Positions 62,245-64,000 of a stretch of 64,000 nt of DNA are shown here, in pieces (within the stretch, counting starts at the first letter, position 1; the number at the start of each line of letters is the position of its first letter). This DNA comes from an uncultured Verrucomicrobiae bacterium (GTDB taxonomy: Bacteria > Verrucomicrobiota > Verrucomicrobiia > Chthoniobacterales > JAFAMB01). A model generated the notes under the pieces. It saw nothing but the letters and a program-made list of their open reading frames with translations, did not search any database and was not told the origin of the DNA. The translations under genes and the position numbers were made by a program. The stretch covers positions 89,412 through 153,411 of the forward strand of contig CAWAIK010000004.1 of assembly GCA_963782115.1 (NCBI GenBank). The letters are read 5' to 3'.

Positions 62245-62890
62245 ATGGCCAAGTTTAACGGGCTTACGCTGGCCAGCAATGGCGCCCTGCGCGCGTTGCT
62301 GGCTGGCGGGAACCAAGACGGAGAGCGACCGCAACAATGCGATCGCCGCCGTTTCCCATTTTTTGCAAGGGCAGCCGGACGGTTTCGGCGCGCATCTGAC
62401 AGCGATCATCCTCGCCCAGGCCCAAAGCAATCAAGCCCATGCCGAGCGGATCGAAGCCGCGGTGCGCGCCTTTAAGGAGGCTTTACCTGCCGATGAGGCC
62501 GACGGCGAGGAATTGCGTGCCGCCCAAATCCAGCAACTGAATAAGACTTTAGGTGGAATGAAGACCGCGCTTGACCCCTTACCGGTCCACCTCTCCCGAG
62601 CGGCCACGAGCGAGCAGTTTAATGCGCTGGCCCGTGCCATCGATCAGCAAATGACTGATCTGGCCCGACGCCAACAAGATTGGAGATCGGCCCGGGACAA
62701 AGAGGCCGCGGAATTGCGCGACAAGGTGAGCGGTCTCGATAGAACGTTTCAAGGCTTCGCTACAGGCCTGGAGCAACTTACGCATTGGTACCTCGGGCTT
62801 GCGGGCCTGGCCGGTTTAATGCTCGGGTTGATCATGTTCCCGACCATAGCGTCTTTGATGGATTGGGTGCGGCATGTCACTGGGTGGTGA
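62245..62890 (+). CDS. TraM/MobE-like coiled-coil protein with C-terminal TM helix (probable frameshift near 62310)
   Basis: ATG at 62245 just after the upstream stop; main frame 62279-62890 ends in WYLGLAGLAGLMLGLIMF. Confidence 0.55.
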
Positions 62891-62957
62891 GCGTTTTGTG
62901 GGCACGTTCATCCAAACCCACACAGAACCGCTGGCCTGGTCCGGAGTGAAAAGTTGA

Positions 62958-63167
62958 ATGAAATCATATCGGCCAAACGTGGATAGGCAGAAGAGGCGCT
63001 ATTCGCTACGTCTATCGTTGCTGAGGTTGAGAAAAGGTAAACCGTTTCCTACCAAGGCGATCGGGAGCAATAGCGAACCATGGATTGAGAACGCTCGTTC
63101 GCTCGCCGACGCTGAAGTGATTTCGGACACTATCGAGCGTTCAACGGCGTGCTGGTCCGTAAAATGA
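62958..63167 (+). CDS. Small basic protein coupled to the nucleotidyltransferase (antitoxin-like)
   Basis: ATGA overlap with the next gene at 63164-63167. Confidence 0.55.
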   Translation: MKSYRPNVDRQKRRYSLRLSLLRLRKGKPFPTKAIGSNSEPWIENARSLADAEVISDTIERSTACWSVK

Positions 63168-63970
63168 CTGCTCAAGAGGCGGTTGCATTCCTTGCCAGCA
63201 AACGCAGGACCGTGCTGCTTGGCGGGATGGCGATGATTCTCCATGGATTGAGCCGGAATACAAAGGATTACGACATCTGGCTTGATCCACTGCCAGATGC
63301 TCAAACATGGGCGGCGGCAATTCAGCAGCTGCTGAGGCGAGAGCCGCCATTGCAAGCACAACGAATTTCGTCTTTCGGAGGGTGGACGCCGATCGGTGTT
63401 GCCGATGTCCCGCTGGTGGGTACCGAGGATCGCCTGATTCGGATTGCCGGAGCTGACCGGCCAATTGATATGTTCTTGGTTCCAAACGAGTTTGATGCAG
63501 CTGATTTCGAGGGCGTTTGGGAGCGCGGAACATCGATAGATCACGGCGTCAGACTGATGGAAGCGATCGACTTGACTCACTAAACAACTCACCGATAGAC
63601 CACACGACGAGACGGATATTCGCTTTCTCACCAACAAGATCGAGGCGCAGTATCGTGCACGGCTGAGGACGTGCTCGGAGGCAGAAGCTGCTGCTATGCT
63701 GGATAGGTTCGCGACTCCTGAGATTGCCACATTTGCTGTGCGTGAGTCCAAAGACGACTCCATTCGCCAGTAGGTTGGAGAATTCTCCATGAGATGCGGG
63801 CCAATGGCGACCCGTTCGCCGAAGAATTCATCCGGGAGATTGGCCTCGCTTCGCCAGAGGTGGTTGATCGGTTAGAAGAAGAACGGCGCAAGCAATCACA
63901 AAATGAAGAGTTGCTTCGCCGGCAGAAACGAACTCCTGAACAAGATCAGGAATTGGGCCAGTCATCATAG
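63164..63970 (+). pseudogene. Nucleotidyltransferase (DUF6036/AbiEii-like) with two apparent frameshifts
   Basis: LLGGMAMILHGLSRNTKDYDIW; continues LTKQLTDRPHDETDIRFL in another frame after ~63575. Confidence 0.75.
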
Positions 63971-64000
63971 AAGCAGGACTTTTGGCGTGAGGCGAGGGAA

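Noticed and set aside
62999..63790. 263-aa - strand ORF
   Set aside because: Antisense to the nucleotidyltransferase, which carries the real motifs

Overview
This window looks like part of a large, heavily rearranged plasmid. The host is possibly a soil PVC-superphylum (Verrucomicrobia-like) bacterium; that is a weak inference from protein style. The right third is an intact-looking backbone: tyrosine recombinase, recombinase-like gene and orphan ScpB (46.3-48.9 kb), Uma2 nuclease, type Ib par locus with 8-bp phased repeats, iteron origin, Rep_3 initiator, a convergent pair of uncharacterised genes resembling the beta/cII (sce7725/sce7726) module, a DUF4160-DUF2442 TA pair, MOBF relaxase with oriT, a traKLM/mobCDE-like operon and a nucleotidyltransferase TA-like pair. 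The left two-thirds is accessory cargo: oxidoreductases with TetR/AraC regulators, a GH3-PA14 glycosidase, aconitase, ferredoxin, a KaiC-like ATPase with a hybrid kinase, YciF, a PAS kinase and a TIGR04255 three-gene operon. This cargo is cut up by IS256 and ISAzo13 (both with TSDs), a RIT element wedged between the truncated IRs of two Tn3 remnants, small MITE-like elements and many gene fragments. I found no rRNA, tRNA or CRISPR array. All family calls come from motif recognition by eye; no searches were run. Many frameshifts could be sequencing errors.
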